Positions 51,740 to 62,169 of a DNA stretch of 64,000 nucleotides are shown piece after piece. The DNA is from Candidatus Thermosaccharophagus gerlachensis. GTDB lineage: Bacteria; Armatimonadota; Fervidibacteria; Fervidibacterales; Thermosaccharophagaceae. The translations under genes and the position numbers were made by a program. The DNA is taken from positions 1,891 through 65,890 of the forward strand of contig JBGOEV010000007.1 in the NCBI GenBank assembly GCA_041538025.1, written 5' to 3'. The notes below the pieces were generated by a model. That model had not been told where the DNA came from. It ran no database searches and worked only from the letters and a program-made list of their open reading frames with translations. Each line of letters begins with the position of its first letter. The first letter of the stretch is position 1.

Positions 51740-53212
51740 ATGATGGAGTTATGGCAGTTGACAATCCATGAGGCACATCAACTGTTGATCAGGCGTGACA
51801 TATCCTCCGTTGAATTAACGAAGGCTGTCCTTGAACGCATATCGCAAGTTGAAGACCTCGTCAAAGCATTCATCACCGTCACCGATGAGTTGGCGATTGA
51901 GCAAGCAAAAGAGGCTGACAGGAGATTGAAGCACATGGAGGATGTAACGCCGTTAACTGGCATACCTATAGCGATCAAGGACAACATTTGCACAAAAGGG
52001 ATACTCACAACAGCTGGTTCCCGCATACTGTATAACTTCAAGCCGCCATACGATGCAACGGTTGTTGAAAAGCTCAAGAAGGCAGGTGCAGTCATAATCG
52101 GTAAGACGAACCTTGATGAGTTTGCGATGGGCTCATCAACAGAAAACAGTGGCTTCTTCCCAACGCGCAACCCTTGGGATCTAAACAGGGTTCCGGGTGG
52201 ATCAAGTGGTGGCTCAGCTGCAGCTGTCTCAGCAGGTGAATGTCTTGGTGCACTCGGAAGCGACACTGGTGGCTCAATCAGGCAACCTGCTGCGTTCTGC
52301 GGTGTTGTCGGATTGAAGCCAACTTACGGTGTTGTTTCAAGGTATGGATTGATAGCTTTCGCATCCTCGCTTGATCAGATTGGTCCAATAACGAAAGATG
52401 TGAGCGATTGTGCATTGTTATTACAATTCATCGCTGGGCATGACCCACGGGATTCAACGTCAATCAAAATGCAAACTCCAAAATATGTAGATGCACTTGT
52501 GCCAGATGTGAAGGGGTTGCGAATAGGCATCCCGAAGGAATTCTACGCCCAAGGTGTTGAGAAGGCTGTTTCAAGTGCTGTCTTAAAGGCAGTTGAAGAG
52601 CTTGTGGAGATGGGTGCCGAAGCAATTGAAGTTTCAACACCGACAACAGATTATGCCCTTGCAGCTTACTACATCATCGCACCAGCTGAAGCAAGCTCAA
52701 ACCTCGCACGCTACGATGGTGTCCAATATGGCTACAGGTGTAAGCCGACGCCGAACGATATAGTGGCGATGTATTCACGCACACGAAAAGAGGGCTTCGG
52801 AAGAGAAGTGAAACACCGTATAATGCTTGGCACCTACGCTTTGAGCGCTGGATACTATGAAGCGTTTTATTTGAGGGCTCAAAAGGTTCGCACACTCATA
52901 AGGCGTGATTTTGATAGAGCGTTTGAAAAATGCGATGTCCTTATTACGCCAACTGCACCATCAGTCGCATTCAAACTCGGTGAGAAGATTGATGACCCAC
53001 TACAAATGAAGCTCTCAGATGTCTGCACCATACCAGTTAACATGGCTGGTCTTCCAGCAATATCAATACCGTGTGGTTTCCAAGACGGACTGCCGATCGG
53101 GATGCAAATCATAGGTAAGCTTTTAGATGAGGCAACGATACTGCGTGTGTCATACGCATATGAGCAAAAGAGTGGCTTGCGAAACTTGCAACCGCCACTC
53201 AATACGAAGTAA
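51740..53212 (+). CDS. gatA: Asp/Glu-tRNA amidotransferase subunit A
   Basis: Amidase signature [14 protein letters not shown], plus [11 protein letters not shown]. Confidence 0.9.
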   Translation: MMELWQLTIHEAHQLLIRRDISSVELTKAVLERISQVEDLVKAFITVTDELAIEQAKEADRRLKHMEDVTPLTGIPIAIKDNICTKGILTTAGSRILYNFKPPYDATVVEKLKKAGAVIIGKTNLDEFAMGSSTENSGFFPTRNPWDLNRVPGGSSGGSAAAVSAGECLGALGSDTGGSIRQPAAFCGVVGLKPTYGVVSRYGLIAFASSLDQIGPITKDVSDCALLLQFIAGHDPRDSTSIKMQTPKYVDALVPDVKGLRIGIPKEFYAQGVEKAVSSAVLKAVEELVEMGAEAIEVSTPTTDYALAAYYIIAPAEASSNLARYDGVQYGYRCKPTPNDIVAMYSRTRKEGFGREVKHRIMLGTYALSAGYYEAFYLRAQKVRTLIRRDFDRAFEKCDVLITPTAPSVAFKLGEKIDDPLQMKLSDVCTIPVNMAGLPAISIPCGFQDGLPIGMQIIGKLLDEATILRVSYAYEQKSGLRNLQPPLNTK

Positions 53213-53290
53213 CCAGAACTATGTTTACCACTTTAAAAGAGGCGCCCCGACTTTGAAGTGTAAGTTCACCTGCCTACTGTCATGACTTGG

Positions 53291-55504
53291 CTACTTCAGC
53301 ACCATCCGTTTTGCTTGTTGGCTACCACTGCTTGTTATCAACCTTGATGTGGCTGAAAGAGCGATAAACACGTAGCTGATGCTCACTATCAATCCAGTGA
53401 CGAGAGACAACGCACCCGTGTCGTTGAGCAAAAACATCAACCATAACACGACACAAGAAAAAAATATCGCCAACTTTACGTTGCCGAGGTTGGCATCGGC
53501 TAATTCATATCGCAACTTCGGCAGTGAGAGCGTGAAAATGATTAAGAAGGCAATGCCAACCAGGTATAACCGCTGATGCAAAATTACCTCCGCATGAATT
53601 GAGATTTTGCGCATAAAGGCATCGGCTAAAGCACCGACACCAAACTTTGATATACGCTCAATCAATTGACCGACATGCGAGTGCATCTCGCCGAGAAGAG
53701 ATTCATACGCTGCTATAGCTAACGATACGACCGCGAAAGAAGCGCCCATAGCACATAGGATGAAGATGAGCTTGTTGCGATGACCTTTGAGAAAGAAAGC
53801 CACAGTAACTCCGCTTACACAAGCTCCGATTGCGAGGGCGCTTCCGAGGTTTGAACCCAAGTTTGGCATACCAACCAGCATCGCCACACAAAAGCAAAAT
53901 GAGATTGCAATCAATAGCTTCCATGTTCTACGGAGGGGCAATGAAAGCAACCACGATAACGAGATCACACAACATGGCGCAAGTGCACCAGCAAGCTCGT
54001 TGCCGATCCCATAGAAGCGCCATCCATTGATTGGTGTGTAACCGATGAATGAGTTGCGTAAAAGAGCGTTTGAGAAAAAGCAATCAATGGTGCTGGCGAG
54101 GAGAAGCAAGAGAGAAAGAACATTTGCACCAAGAAGCCCACCAAAGCAACGGTGCATCACAGTTCCCATGATGAGACTGAAAGTGACAACGAATGCAAAG
54201 GTAGATAGCGGTGAAGGAAAAACGAGAGCACCAGCTAAAAGCAGAACCAATGGCAGTGAGAAGCTTGAGAGCGCAAAAAAACCGAGCAGTTGAGAATGGC
54301 GTTGGTGCAATATATTGCTTGCACCCAATGTTATTGCAAAAAACAAAGTAAGCAAACAAACCACGACTGCACCAATGACGGCGCCACGATAGTTTTTGAA
54401 ATGCTGTTTTGTGCGTGTGTGCAACCTTTGGAGCTTCAAAATAGCATCGTCAGCTTGAGCAACCATGATAGCATGCCCAGTCATCTGCGGTGGTGGATCT
54501 ATGCCGAGTTGGCGAAGCCAAGTAACTGCGAGATCGGTAGCTGAAATGATCCCATAGGTGCGTGTCGTTTTAGAAGTGAGCAATGCTTCACCATAAACGC
54601 TCAAGATAGCCACCAATGTCATTTCTTGTCTTTCAGGCGATGGTGATGGAATGACGAACCACAAAAATGCATCATGGTGAACACACAATTCGTAGATCAT
54701 ACGGACGACTCCATCAATATGCATCAATGGGAGTCTGCGAGCTTCTTGAGGCAGTTTAGCAACTCGCCTTGCATCACCCAAGTCAACAACGATGAAGCGA
54801 TGCAAATCAAGTGCGCGCATAAGCAGATGCAACAACATCTTTTCATCCGTTAGAACGAAGCGCCCAACGCGCTTTAACAATCGTTTATCAACGATGCCTT
54901 CTTGAACGCACCCCAGTTCGTCTGTGAGTAAGCAAGCGGAGTAGCGAGAAGGTTTGTTGATGCAATCTTCGTTTCCGAAGATAGCCCTTGAAACACCGTT
55001 TACCGATAGTGCCCACCCAAGCCCGAGGAGCTCTTTACAACCGTTCAACTGAGCTACATGTTTCCACCCGAGGTGGACTATGCTACCTTTCGGTTTCACA
55101 CCATAGATGCGCTCGTAGACATCCGAAGCTTTTTCTCCATCTACTTCCTCTTCAACTCCGAATGCCAAACTTGCTTTTTCATCACCTGCACAGCGCTGCC
55201 CAAGCGAAATCGTAACATAGTTGCTGGCGACATTTTCTCTGAGCCTGCAATCGCGGCTCATCAAACCGATTGGACATCGTCGCACTGCTTGGCTTAGGAA
55301 AGGCATTGAATTTGAGAGCACTTCATCAAAGCCTACGGAGTCAGCAAGAATGACAACGATGCACTTAACCCTTGGGAGTTCTACAGCACTATGCGATGGG
55401 CATCCATCTCCATGCGGAAACAAGACCGAGAGAAAGAATGCAAAGAGGATTCCCAAGATGGATGTGCTGGGATGCCTTCCACCAACGTGAGTTGAAAGAG
55501 CCAT
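53291..55504 (-). CDS. polytopic membrane protein (737 aa) with an N-terminal extracytoplasmic alkaline-phosphatase-superfamily-like domain; function unknown
   Basis: N-terminal signal/anchor. The ~330-aa soluble part contains VVILADSVGFDE and FIVVDLGDARR segments, followed by about 10 hydrophobic helices including the GYTPINGWRFYGIGNELAG motif. Confidence 0.5.
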   Translation of the reverse strand: MALSTHVGGRHPSTSILGILFAFFLSVLFPHGDGCPSHSAVELPRVKCIVVILADSVGFDEVLSNSMPFLSQAVRRCPIGLMSRDCRLRENVASNYVTISLGQRCAGDEKASLAFGVEEEVDGEKASDVYERIYGVKPKGSIVHLGWKHVAQLNGCKELLGLGWALSVNGVSRAIFGNEDCINKPSRYSACLLTDELGCVQEGIVDKRLLKRVGRFVLTDEKMLLHLLMRALDLHRFIVVDLGDARRVAKLPQEARRLPLMHIDGVVRMIYELCVHHDAFLWFVIPSPSPERQEMTLVAILSVYGEALLTSKTTRTYGIISATDLAVTWLRQLGIDPPPQMTGHAIMVAQADDAILKLQRLHTRTKQHFKNYRGAVIGAVVVCLLTLFFAITLGASNILHQRHSQLLGFFALSSFSLPLVLLLAGALVFPSPLSTFAFVVTFSLIMGTVMHRCFGGLLGANVLSLLLLLASTIDCFFSNALLRNSFIGYTPINGWRFYGIGNELAGALAPCCVISLSWLLSLPLRRTWKLLIAISFCFCVAMLVGMPNLGSNLGSALAIGACVSGVTVAFFLKGHRNKLIFILCAMGASFAVVSLAIAAYESLLGEMHSHVGQLIERISKFGVGALADAFMRKISIHAEVILHQRLYLVGIAFLIIFTLSLPKLRYELADANLGNVKLAIFFSCVVLWLMFLLNDTGALSLVTGLIVSISYVFIALSATSRLITSSGSQQAKRMVLK

Positions 55505-55525
55505 GTTGCAACTTTTCTTGACCGC

Positions 55526-56125
55526 TCACTTGCAATGGAACTTCAGAACGAGAGCACCTAAGATAAGCTCATCGCCATCGTTTAAAGGCTGTGGGACTTT
55601 TGGAGGAATAAACTTGCCATTGAGCTTTGTGCCATTCGTGCTCTCCAAATCTTCAACCGAGAACTTACCATCTGAGTAGCGTATTATGCAATGCCTACGT
55701 GAGACTCCAGCCTCATACCCGCCATGCGGTGTTAAGTCAACATCTGGAAATACTCTGCTAACTGGGTCGGCGCGCCCAATGAGCAATTCCGACTTGCTAC
55801 CAAAGTCAAGCTCAATCTCAACGCCTTCAGATGTGACCAATTTAGCCATAACGGTAGGAGGCGGTGGTGTTACTTTAACTTCCTCCTCCAAAGCAGCACC
55901 ACAATTCTCGCAGAAGCGTGCGTCCTCAGGATTTACATGCCCACACGAAGAACATGCTCTCCCGACAGCCACTTGAGGCAGTTCTTGAGCTTGCTCAACC
56001 TCAGCAGGCGCAACTTCCGTCTTTTCAACCTCTGCACCGACATCGCTCAAACTCGCACCACATTCATCGCAGAACAGCGCACCATCTAAATTCTCCGTCC
56101 CACACTGTGGGCACTTTATACCCAT
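55526..56125 (-). CDS. double zinc-ribbon / FHA-domain protein
   Basis: Zinc ribbons CPQCGTENLDGALFCDECG and CSSCGHVNPEDARFCENCG. FHA core LLIGRADP...VSRRHCIIRYSDGKFSVEDLESTNGTKLNG. Confidence 0.8.
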   Translation of the reverse strand: MGIKCPQCGTENLDGALFCDECGASLSDVGAEVEKTEVAPAEVEQAQELPQVAVGRACSSCGHVNPEDARFCENCGAALEEEVKVTPPPPTVMAKLVTSEGVEIELDFGSKSELLIGRADPVSRVFPDVDLTPHGGYEAGVSRRHCIIRYSDGKFSVEDLESTNGTKLNGKFIPPKVPQPLNDGDELILGALVLKFHCK

Positions 56126-56159
56126 TGCAACTCACCTCCAAATGACAACTTTGATTCCA

Positions 56160-57458
56160 TCACTCTTGTCCTTGCTGTTCTGAGAGACGGCGAGTAAGCC
56201 TTTGCGTTTCATAGCGCAGGCGCTTTGTTCCTACCGATGACATACCTTCGCCTTGCTCGAGGCGCTTAGCCTCTTCAAGGGCAACCGTTGCGAGTTCCTT
56301 CTCACCGATACTCAGCAAACGCGTTGCTGACTGGCGAAGCAAGCGTGTAGCACGCTCATAATCGCCAGACTTAGCAGCTGCAAGAGCTTGTGTTTGCAAC
56401 CTGAACGCCGTTGCCTTCTCAACGAAGTTCATAACTTTTGCGTTAACCTGTTTTGCTGCAGCTTCATCAGTGGTATACTCAATAATCACATCGGTGCGAA
56501 CTTTTTCCCCAGATATGTTCCTGCTTGGTATATCGTAACTCACTTCAGCCTGTGCGAGCCTGTATCGCCCTGCAGGTCTTGGTGGTATGAGGAGCTCAAC
56601 AAGTATAGCTTGCCCAACATCTCTTTCAATATCGCCAAGTGGCACTTGGACATCTCTATCTGAGAGCGGTTGATAGCCCAAGTTTGAGATGAGTGGGAGC
56701 ACTCGCCAAACCTGTCTTGGCGAGACACCTTGAACGAGCCTTAAGGTCAAGTAGGCGTTCTTTGCAACAGTGCCTTTCATGCTTCTCAGCACATCTTGGA
56801 AGTGCATGAGTATTTGCGATGGCTCTTGGATGAATTCCGAGAAACCACCGCTACTGGAGGTAGCACCAGCAACCTCATCAAGCAACTCCTCATTCCAATC
56901 CTCACCAAGCCCAAATGCTACAATTGGCAAGCCAAACTCTTGGCACTCCTTCGCCAACCTGATACATTCATCTTCATCGCCAAATGTTTGACCATCGGTG
57001 AGCAAAACCATCCTGCTAACTCTATCGCGCCCCATATTTTTGCGCAGCTCGTTCAAGCCGAGTCTCATCCCTTTTGACATTTCTGTTCCGCCTCTGTCGG
57101 TTATCTTGTCAACGAGTCTTTTAAGCCCTTCTTTATCGCTTGCTGGTTGGCTTGGCACAAGCACTTCAGCCCTGTCGTCAAAGATGACTATTGAGATAAT
57201 GTCATCTGGCTCAAGTTGGTCAATGACGAGCTTAACAGCCTCCCTCAAGTTCGCCACCTTTTCACCAGCCATTGAACCACTCCTATCAAGCACGAAAGAA
57301 ATGTTCAATGGCATACGCTCGGCTTCACCAGCACCCACGGGGATGACTTCAACCAAAAGATAGCTTAGTTGCGTGCTTTGTGTGGACAGCACCTTCTCTT
57401 TGGCGAGCGTGCACTGTAACTTTAAAGCCTTCTCAGGCATTTCAACCATTCTCGCCAT
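56160..57458 (-). CDS. cytoplasmic von Willebrand factor type A (VWA) domain protein
   Basis: MIDAS motif FVLDRSGSM...GGTEM...LLTDGQ. No signal peptide. Helical C-terminal tail. Confidence 0.8.
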   Translation of the reverse strand: MARMVEMPEKALKLQCTLAKEKVLSTQSTQLSYLLVEVIPVGAGEAERMPLNISFVLDRSGSMAGEKVANLREAVKLVIDQLEPDDIISIVIFDDRAEVLVPSQPASDKEGLKRLVDKITDRGGTEMSKGMRLGLNELRKNMGRDRVSRMVLLTDGQTFGDEDECIRLAKECQEFGLPIVAFGLGEDWNEELLDEVAGATSSSGGFSEFIQEPSQILMHFQDVLRSMKGTVAKNAYLTLRLVQGVSPRQVWRVLPLISNLGYQPLSDRDVQVPLGDIERDVGQAILVELLIPPRPAGRYRLAQAEVSYDIPSRNISGEKVRTDVIIEYTTDEAAAKQVNAKVMNFVEKATAFRLQTQALAAAKSGDYERATRLLRQSATRLLSIGEKELATVALEEAKRLEQGEGMSSVGTKRLRYETQRLTRRLSEQQGQE

Positions 57459-57605
57459 CGCCCCCTTAGGAGCAATTTGTTCATCATGCCATCCATATTT
57501 TACACCATTCCAACGACTATGTCAAAGGCTTAAAGCCTTCGCTCAAGAAGTTTTCAAACTACGCATAATAAAGTGTGGCTGCAAACAGGAGAGGTGAAAA
57601 GGCAT

Positions 57606-59450
57606 ATGGCTGGAAAAATACGGGTGCTTGACCCTGATGTGGTTGTGAAGATAGCTGGTGGCGAAGTGATTGAGCGCCCCGCATCTGTCGTTAAGGAGCT
57701 GGTTGAGAACTCACTTGATGCAGGCGCAAGAAAAATAACCGTTGAGGTTGAGGCTGGTGGGAGGCGTTTGATCAGGGTTTCTGATGACGGTTGTGGCATG
57801 TCACAAGAGGATGCTGTGATGGCTTTCCAAAGACACGCCACAAGCAAGATACGCACCGCTGAAGACTTATATCGCATAACAACCCTTGGCTTTAGAGGCG
57901 AAGCACTGCCAAGCATCGCTTCAGTTTCACATGTTGAGCTGCTGACAAGAGAACATGACAGCGATGTTGGAACAAAGGTCGTCGTTGAAGGTGGTGTCAT
58001 AACACAGCTTTCGTCAGTCGGTTGTCCTGCAGGGACGATAGTGACGGTGCGCAACCTGTTTTACAATGTTCCAGCAAGGTTAAAATTTATGCGCTCACCA
58101 GCATCCGAATTTAACTACATCACCGAGATGCTCATTAAATTCATCCTTGCCCACACGGATGTTTCCTTCACCTTGCGTCATGATGGCAAGGATGTGCTTT
58201 GCTACTCTTCGGAAGCAACTGGTGGTGACCTGCGCTCAGCTGTTGCTGTTGTTTGGGGGAGCGATACTGCAAGTGAACTTATCCCGATAGAACTTTCAAC
58301 ACCGAAGGTGCGCATAAGCGGTCTTACATCAAAGCCCTCTTTGACCAAAAGCAGTAGAAGCCATCAAGTCGTAATCTTAAACGGGCGTTTTATAAAGCAT
58401 CAAGGGATTGCGCTCGCAATAACTCACGCATATCAGAAGACGATACTGCCAAACAGGCACCCAGTTTGTGTATTGCGAATTGATATTGACCCACAGCTTG
58501 TGGATGTGAATGTTCATCCAACGAAGGCTGAAGTCAAATTCGCAAATGAAGCTGAGATACAAAGGCTTGTAGTTGAAGCTATTGAGCTTGCGCTTGGCAG
58601 AACAATCGTCGTGCCAACAATAGCGTTAAAGCCCCAACCTAAACCAGCAACAGTGAAAGCTTTGAAAAGGGCAGAAGATGCTTTCGGGAAACTACTGCGC
58701 TCAAAGCTCCAGATCGGCACCGAACAAACGGCTCAGACGGATTTAACTGCCTCTAAAACTCATGCCGTTACATCAGCAGAAAATGTTGTGATGGTTACCA
58801 CACCCGAGACGAAGCCAAGCGAGAAACATGTTGGGATAGGAATTTCTGGTAGCGAGTTAGTTGACTGGCATGAAATCTTGATGTCACTTCACCCAGTGGC
58901 ACAATTGCACAAAACATATATTCTCGCCGAAGCACCTAACGGATTTTGCATCATCTCACAGCATAGGGCGCATGAGCGCATCATTTACGAATCGCTCTGC
59001 CAGAAAGAAACAAGGGCTAAAGCTGTCCAATGGCTTGTGACACCCATTACGCTTAATGTTGGTCAAGCTGAAGTTAATTTCGTTGTAGAGCACTTGGAGG
59101 CGTTTTCATCGGTTGGGTTTGAGATTGAGCACTTCGGCGGTGGGACACTCGTTGTGCGCTCAATACCTGCCATAATGGTAAACCAACCGTATGCACAGAT
59201 ACTGCGCGACATCATCTCTGAGCTAATGCTTGAACAGCAAATGAGGACGCTTGAAGAGCTAATAGATGCGCTTCGTGCAAGCGTTGCATGTAAGTCGGCG
59301 ATAAAGGCTGGCGAAGTTCTCTCAATTGCGGAGATGGAACAGCTCCTCTCAGACCTTAGCAAAACTGAGAAGCCATTCATTTGCCCTCACGGACAACCAG
59401 TTGCCCTAACGATAACTGATGAGGAGCTTAGGAGACACTTTGAGCGCTAA
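57606..59450 (+). CDS. mutL: DNA mismatch repair protein MutL
   Basis: MAGKIRVLDPDVVVKIAGGEVIERPASVVKELVENSLDAGA. ATG 57606 follows GGAGAGGTGA. C-terminal endonuclease-type region (...CPHGQP). Confidence 0.9.
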   Translation: MAGKIRVLDPDVVVKIAGGEVIERPASVVKELVENSLDAGARKITVEVEAGGRRLIRVSDDGCGMSQEDAVMAFQRHATSKIRTAEDLYRITTLGFRGEALPSIASVSHVELLTREHDSDVGTKVVVEGGVITQLSSVGCPAGTIVTVRNLFYNVPARLKFMRSPASEFNYITEMLIKFILAHTDVSFTLRHDGKDVLCYSSEATGGDLRSAVAVVWGSDTASELIPIELSTPKVRISGLTSKPSLTKSSRSHQVVILNGRFIKHQGIALAITHAYQKTILPNRHPVCVLRIDIDPQLVDVNVHPTKAEVKFANEAEIQRLVVEAIELALGRTIVVPTIALKPQPKPATVKALKRAEDAFGKLLRSKLQIGTEQTAQTDLTASKTHAVTSAENVVMVTTPETKPSEKHVGIGISGSELVDWHEILMSLHPVAQLHKTYILAEAPNGFCIISQHRAHERIIYESLCQKETRAKAVQWLVTPITLNVGQAEVNFVVEHLEAFSSVGFEIEHFGGGTLVVRSIPAIMVNQPYAQILRDIISELMLEQQMRTLEELIDALRASVACKSAIKAGEVLSIAEMEQLLSDLSKTEKPFICPHGQPVALTITDEELRRHFER

Positions 59451-59494
59451 GCATAAACAATGCATCTACCCAAAGCAACTTGAGGTGTGAAGCG

Positions 59495-60721
59495 ATGTAT
59501 GAGGATCTACGTGAGCTTTTCTTCAAACATGTATGCCAAACATCGAAGGAACCGATTGGGCTTGTAGTTGAGCGCTCAAAAGGCTCTTTCGTTTACACGA
59601 GCGATGGCAAAGCTTACCTTGATTTCATGTCTGGGATCGCCGTAAACAACATCGGGCACACAAACGAAGAAGTTGTCGCAGCAATCGTTGAGCAAGCAAA
59701 CAAGTTCCTGCATGTGATGGTGTATGGTGAGTTCGTGCTTGAGCCACAGGTGAAACTCGCAAAACGCTTGAGTGAGCTTCTACCCGAGCCACTCAATGTT
59801 GTTTACTTCACGAATAGCGGAACCGAAGCAAACGAAGGCGCTTTAAAGGTGGCAAAGAAGTTCACGGGTAGAAAGAAGCTTGTCGCATTTGAGGGGAGCT
59901 TCCATGGCGATACACATGGTTCACTATCTGTGACAGGAAGAAATGTTTACAGGAAGCCTTTTGAGCCACTCCTTCCGAATGTCGTGTTCCTGCCATTTGA
60001 TGATGTTAACAGGCTTGATGAGATTGACGAAGAGACAGCAGCTGTCATAACTGAGCCAATACAGGGAGAGGGAGGTATAAGGATACCGAGCGAAAAGTTC
60101 ATGCACAGGCTCAGGGAACGCTGTAGCGAGGTCGGAGCTTTGCTTATCTTTGATGAGGTGCAAACTGGATTTGGGCGCACTGGAAAAATGTTTGCGATGG
60201 AACATTGGGGTGTAGTGCCTGACATAGTCACGCTGGCAAAGGCGTTAGGTGGTGGAATGCCACTTGGAGCATTTGTCGGAAGAAGAGAAATCATGGAAAC
60301 ACTGTCAGAGGAACCACCACTTTGTCATGTGACGACATTTGGTGGACATCCAGTATGCTGTGCTGCAGCATTAGCATCTATCAATGTGATAGTCAAGATG
60401 AGGCTTTGGGAGAGGGCAAGGGAAGTCGGTAGCTACATCGTTGATAGGTTGCGCTCAATCAAGGAGAACTCAAAATGCATAAGCGATGTTCGTGGGCTCG
60501 GACTTATGATCGGCATTGAATTCACCTCGGGACAAATTGCAAGGATGGTTGTTTCTGAGGCGCTCAAAAGATGCCTCATACTCGGTTGGACTTTGCACTC
60601 GGATAAAGTTGTGAGGATCACACCACCGCTGACGATAAGCCAAGATGAGGTTGAGATGGGGTTGCGCATAATTGAAGAAGCCATACGCGAATGTGAAGAA
60701 ATGGCTCTAAGCCCAACTTAA
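59495..60721 (+). CDS. class-III pyridoxal-phosphate aminotransferase (acetylornithine aminotransferase-like)
   Basis: DEVQTGFGRTGKMFAMEHWGVVPDIVTLAKALGGGMPLGA (PLP-lysine region). ATG 59495 follows GAGGTG. Confidence 0.8.
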   Translation: MYEDLRELFFKHVCQTSKEPIGLVVERSKGSFVYTSDGKAYLDFMSGIAVNNIGHTNEEVVAAIVEQANKFLHVMVYGEFVLEPQVKLAKRLSELLPEPLNVVYFTNSGTEANEGALKVAKKFTGRKKLVAFEGSFHGDTHGSLSVTGRNVYRKPFEPLLPNVVFLPFDDVNRLDEIDEETAAVITEPIQGEGGIRIPSEKFMHRLRERCSEVGALLIFDEVQTGFGRTGKMFAMEHWGVVPDIVTLAKALGGGMPLGAFVGRREIMETLSEEPPLCHVTTFGGHPVCCAAALASINVIVKMRLWERAREVGSYIVDRLRSIKENSKCISDVRGLGLMIGIEFTSGQIARMVVSEALKRCLILGWTLHSDKVVRITPPLTISQDEVEMGLRIIEEAIRECEEMALSPT

Positions 60722-60743
60722 ATGCGTAGGTGGTATACCTAAG

Positions 60744-62138
60744 GTGTGTAGACGGGGAAAAGAGAAAAGCTCAAAGCCCATGCGGGCATCAAAACGAAAG
60801 CCTGTCACCGAAGAACCAGTTGAGCCAATGTCGTTGCACATGTTCATGACACCGTTGCGCCAGCCGTTTGTCTCGCTCATGCTATGTGCTTACTTCTTAA
60901 TTTGCATCGGCTATGCAATCGTTACACCATTTGGTAGAGCGCCAGACGAGAATGCACACCACTTTTATGTCCGTCACATCGTTGAAAGAGGAAGCTTACC
61001 AAAGATGCAAAAGGGTGAAGAGTGGCACGAAGCTCACCAACCACCTCTCTTCTACATCCTCGCTTCACCTCTGTTCATCGCTTCAAAGTCGCTTGCGAAG
61101 CTCATCGGAGCAAATGAAGGAGACGCAGAGAGAGCTACAGTTTGGGTGTTGCGCATATTTTGCATGCTTTGTGGCTCCATTACTGTCTTAGCGACTTTCC
61201 ATGTGGCTAAACTGCTCTTTCCGAACGAGCCGATTTACGCAAACACTGCATTGGCTTTTGCTGCCACGCATGCAATGCACGCTTTCATCAACTCATCAAT
61301 CAACAGCGATAACTTCGCTGAAGCTTTGTGCTCCATCTTCATGGTTTGGCTTCTGAGCACACCGTTCTCAAGAAGCATTGGGTTAAAAGATGCATTCACT
61401 CTTGGTCTCTTCCTCGGTTGCATCGGTATAACAAAATACTTTGCATGGAGCGCCGTTTCAGCCACCATCGTTGTGCTCTTTTGGAATGTGAGGCGCTACA
61501 CGCCAAGCATTCGTGAGCTTCTCAAGTGCATTGCTATAACATGCGTTACGGCATTCGCTATTTGTTCATGGTGGTATATCCGTAACATCATCCTTTACGG
61601 TGACCCACTGGGACAAAGGGTTTACGAACAGCTATCGGAGCATGCAGCTCAGCCATCTTGGTTTTTGGCTATGGGCTATTCAATGCTTGATTACTTCTCG
61701 TTTGCAGTTCGTTACCTCTACTGGACCTTTTGGGGCTTGTTCGGGCTCACCGATATTTTCCTGCCAGGTTGGGCTTACTACCTTTGGCTCATTCCGACAC
61801 TCGCTTCTGCCATCGGGCTTCTGCGCTTGCTCATGTCACGCCGATTGATAACATCTGGGGAGCAAGTTGCGGTGAGTTGGCTCTCCTTACTTTGCTGGCT
61901 TATAACACTGCTCCTCCTCTACATCGCATTTCTAATGCACTACTTCTCGGCTCAAATGCGCCACCTCTTTTTAATGTTCGCTTTCTTTGCAGTCCTCTTT
62001 GCAGCTGGCTTGATTGAACTGCTTCCAGCAACAGTGAAAAAAGGACTTCAATTTATCCTCCCCATAGGCGTTGCCTCGTTCATGCTCACATACAATGCAT
62101 TGTGCATCTTTCTCGTTATACCGGGCGCTTATAAGTAA
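60744..62138 (+). CDS. GT-C-fold membrane glycosyltransferase-like protein (ArnT/PMT/DUF2142-like)
   Basis: About 11 hydrophobic helices. First-loop motif RAPDENAHHFYVRHIV is typical of lipid-linked-sugar transferases. Start uncertain. Confidence 0.5.
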   Translation: MCRRGKEKSSKPMRASKRKPVTEEPVEPMSLHMFMTPLRQPFVSLMLCAYFLICIGYAIVTPFGRAPDENAHHFYVRHIVERGSLPKMQKGEEWHEAHQPPLFYILASPLFIASKSLAKLIGANEGDAERATVWVLRIFCMLCGSITVLATFHVAKLLFPNEPIYANTALAFAATHAMHAFINSSINSDNFAEALCSIFMVWLLSTPFSRSIGLKDAFTLGLFLGCIGITKYFAWSAVSATIVVLFWNVRRYTPSIRELLKCIAITCVTAFAICSWWYIRNIILYGDPLGQRVYEQLSEHAAQPSWFLAMGYSMLDYFSFAVRYLYWTFWGLFGLTDIFLPGWAYYLWLIPTLASAIGLLRLLMSRRLITSGEQVAVSWLSLLCWLITLLLLYIAFLMHYFSAQMRHLFLMFAFFAVLFAAGLIELLPATVKKGLQFILPIGVASFMLTYNALCIFLVIPGAYK

Positions 62139-62169
62139 ATCCTGCCAGCCGAAGAATGCGTTAAATGCA

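Noticed and set aside
62139-62169. AATGC-gttaaat-GCATT hairpin between the convergent genes as a bidirectional terminator
   Set aside because: The stem is 5 bp and AT-rich with no flanking U/A tracts, which is too weak to call.
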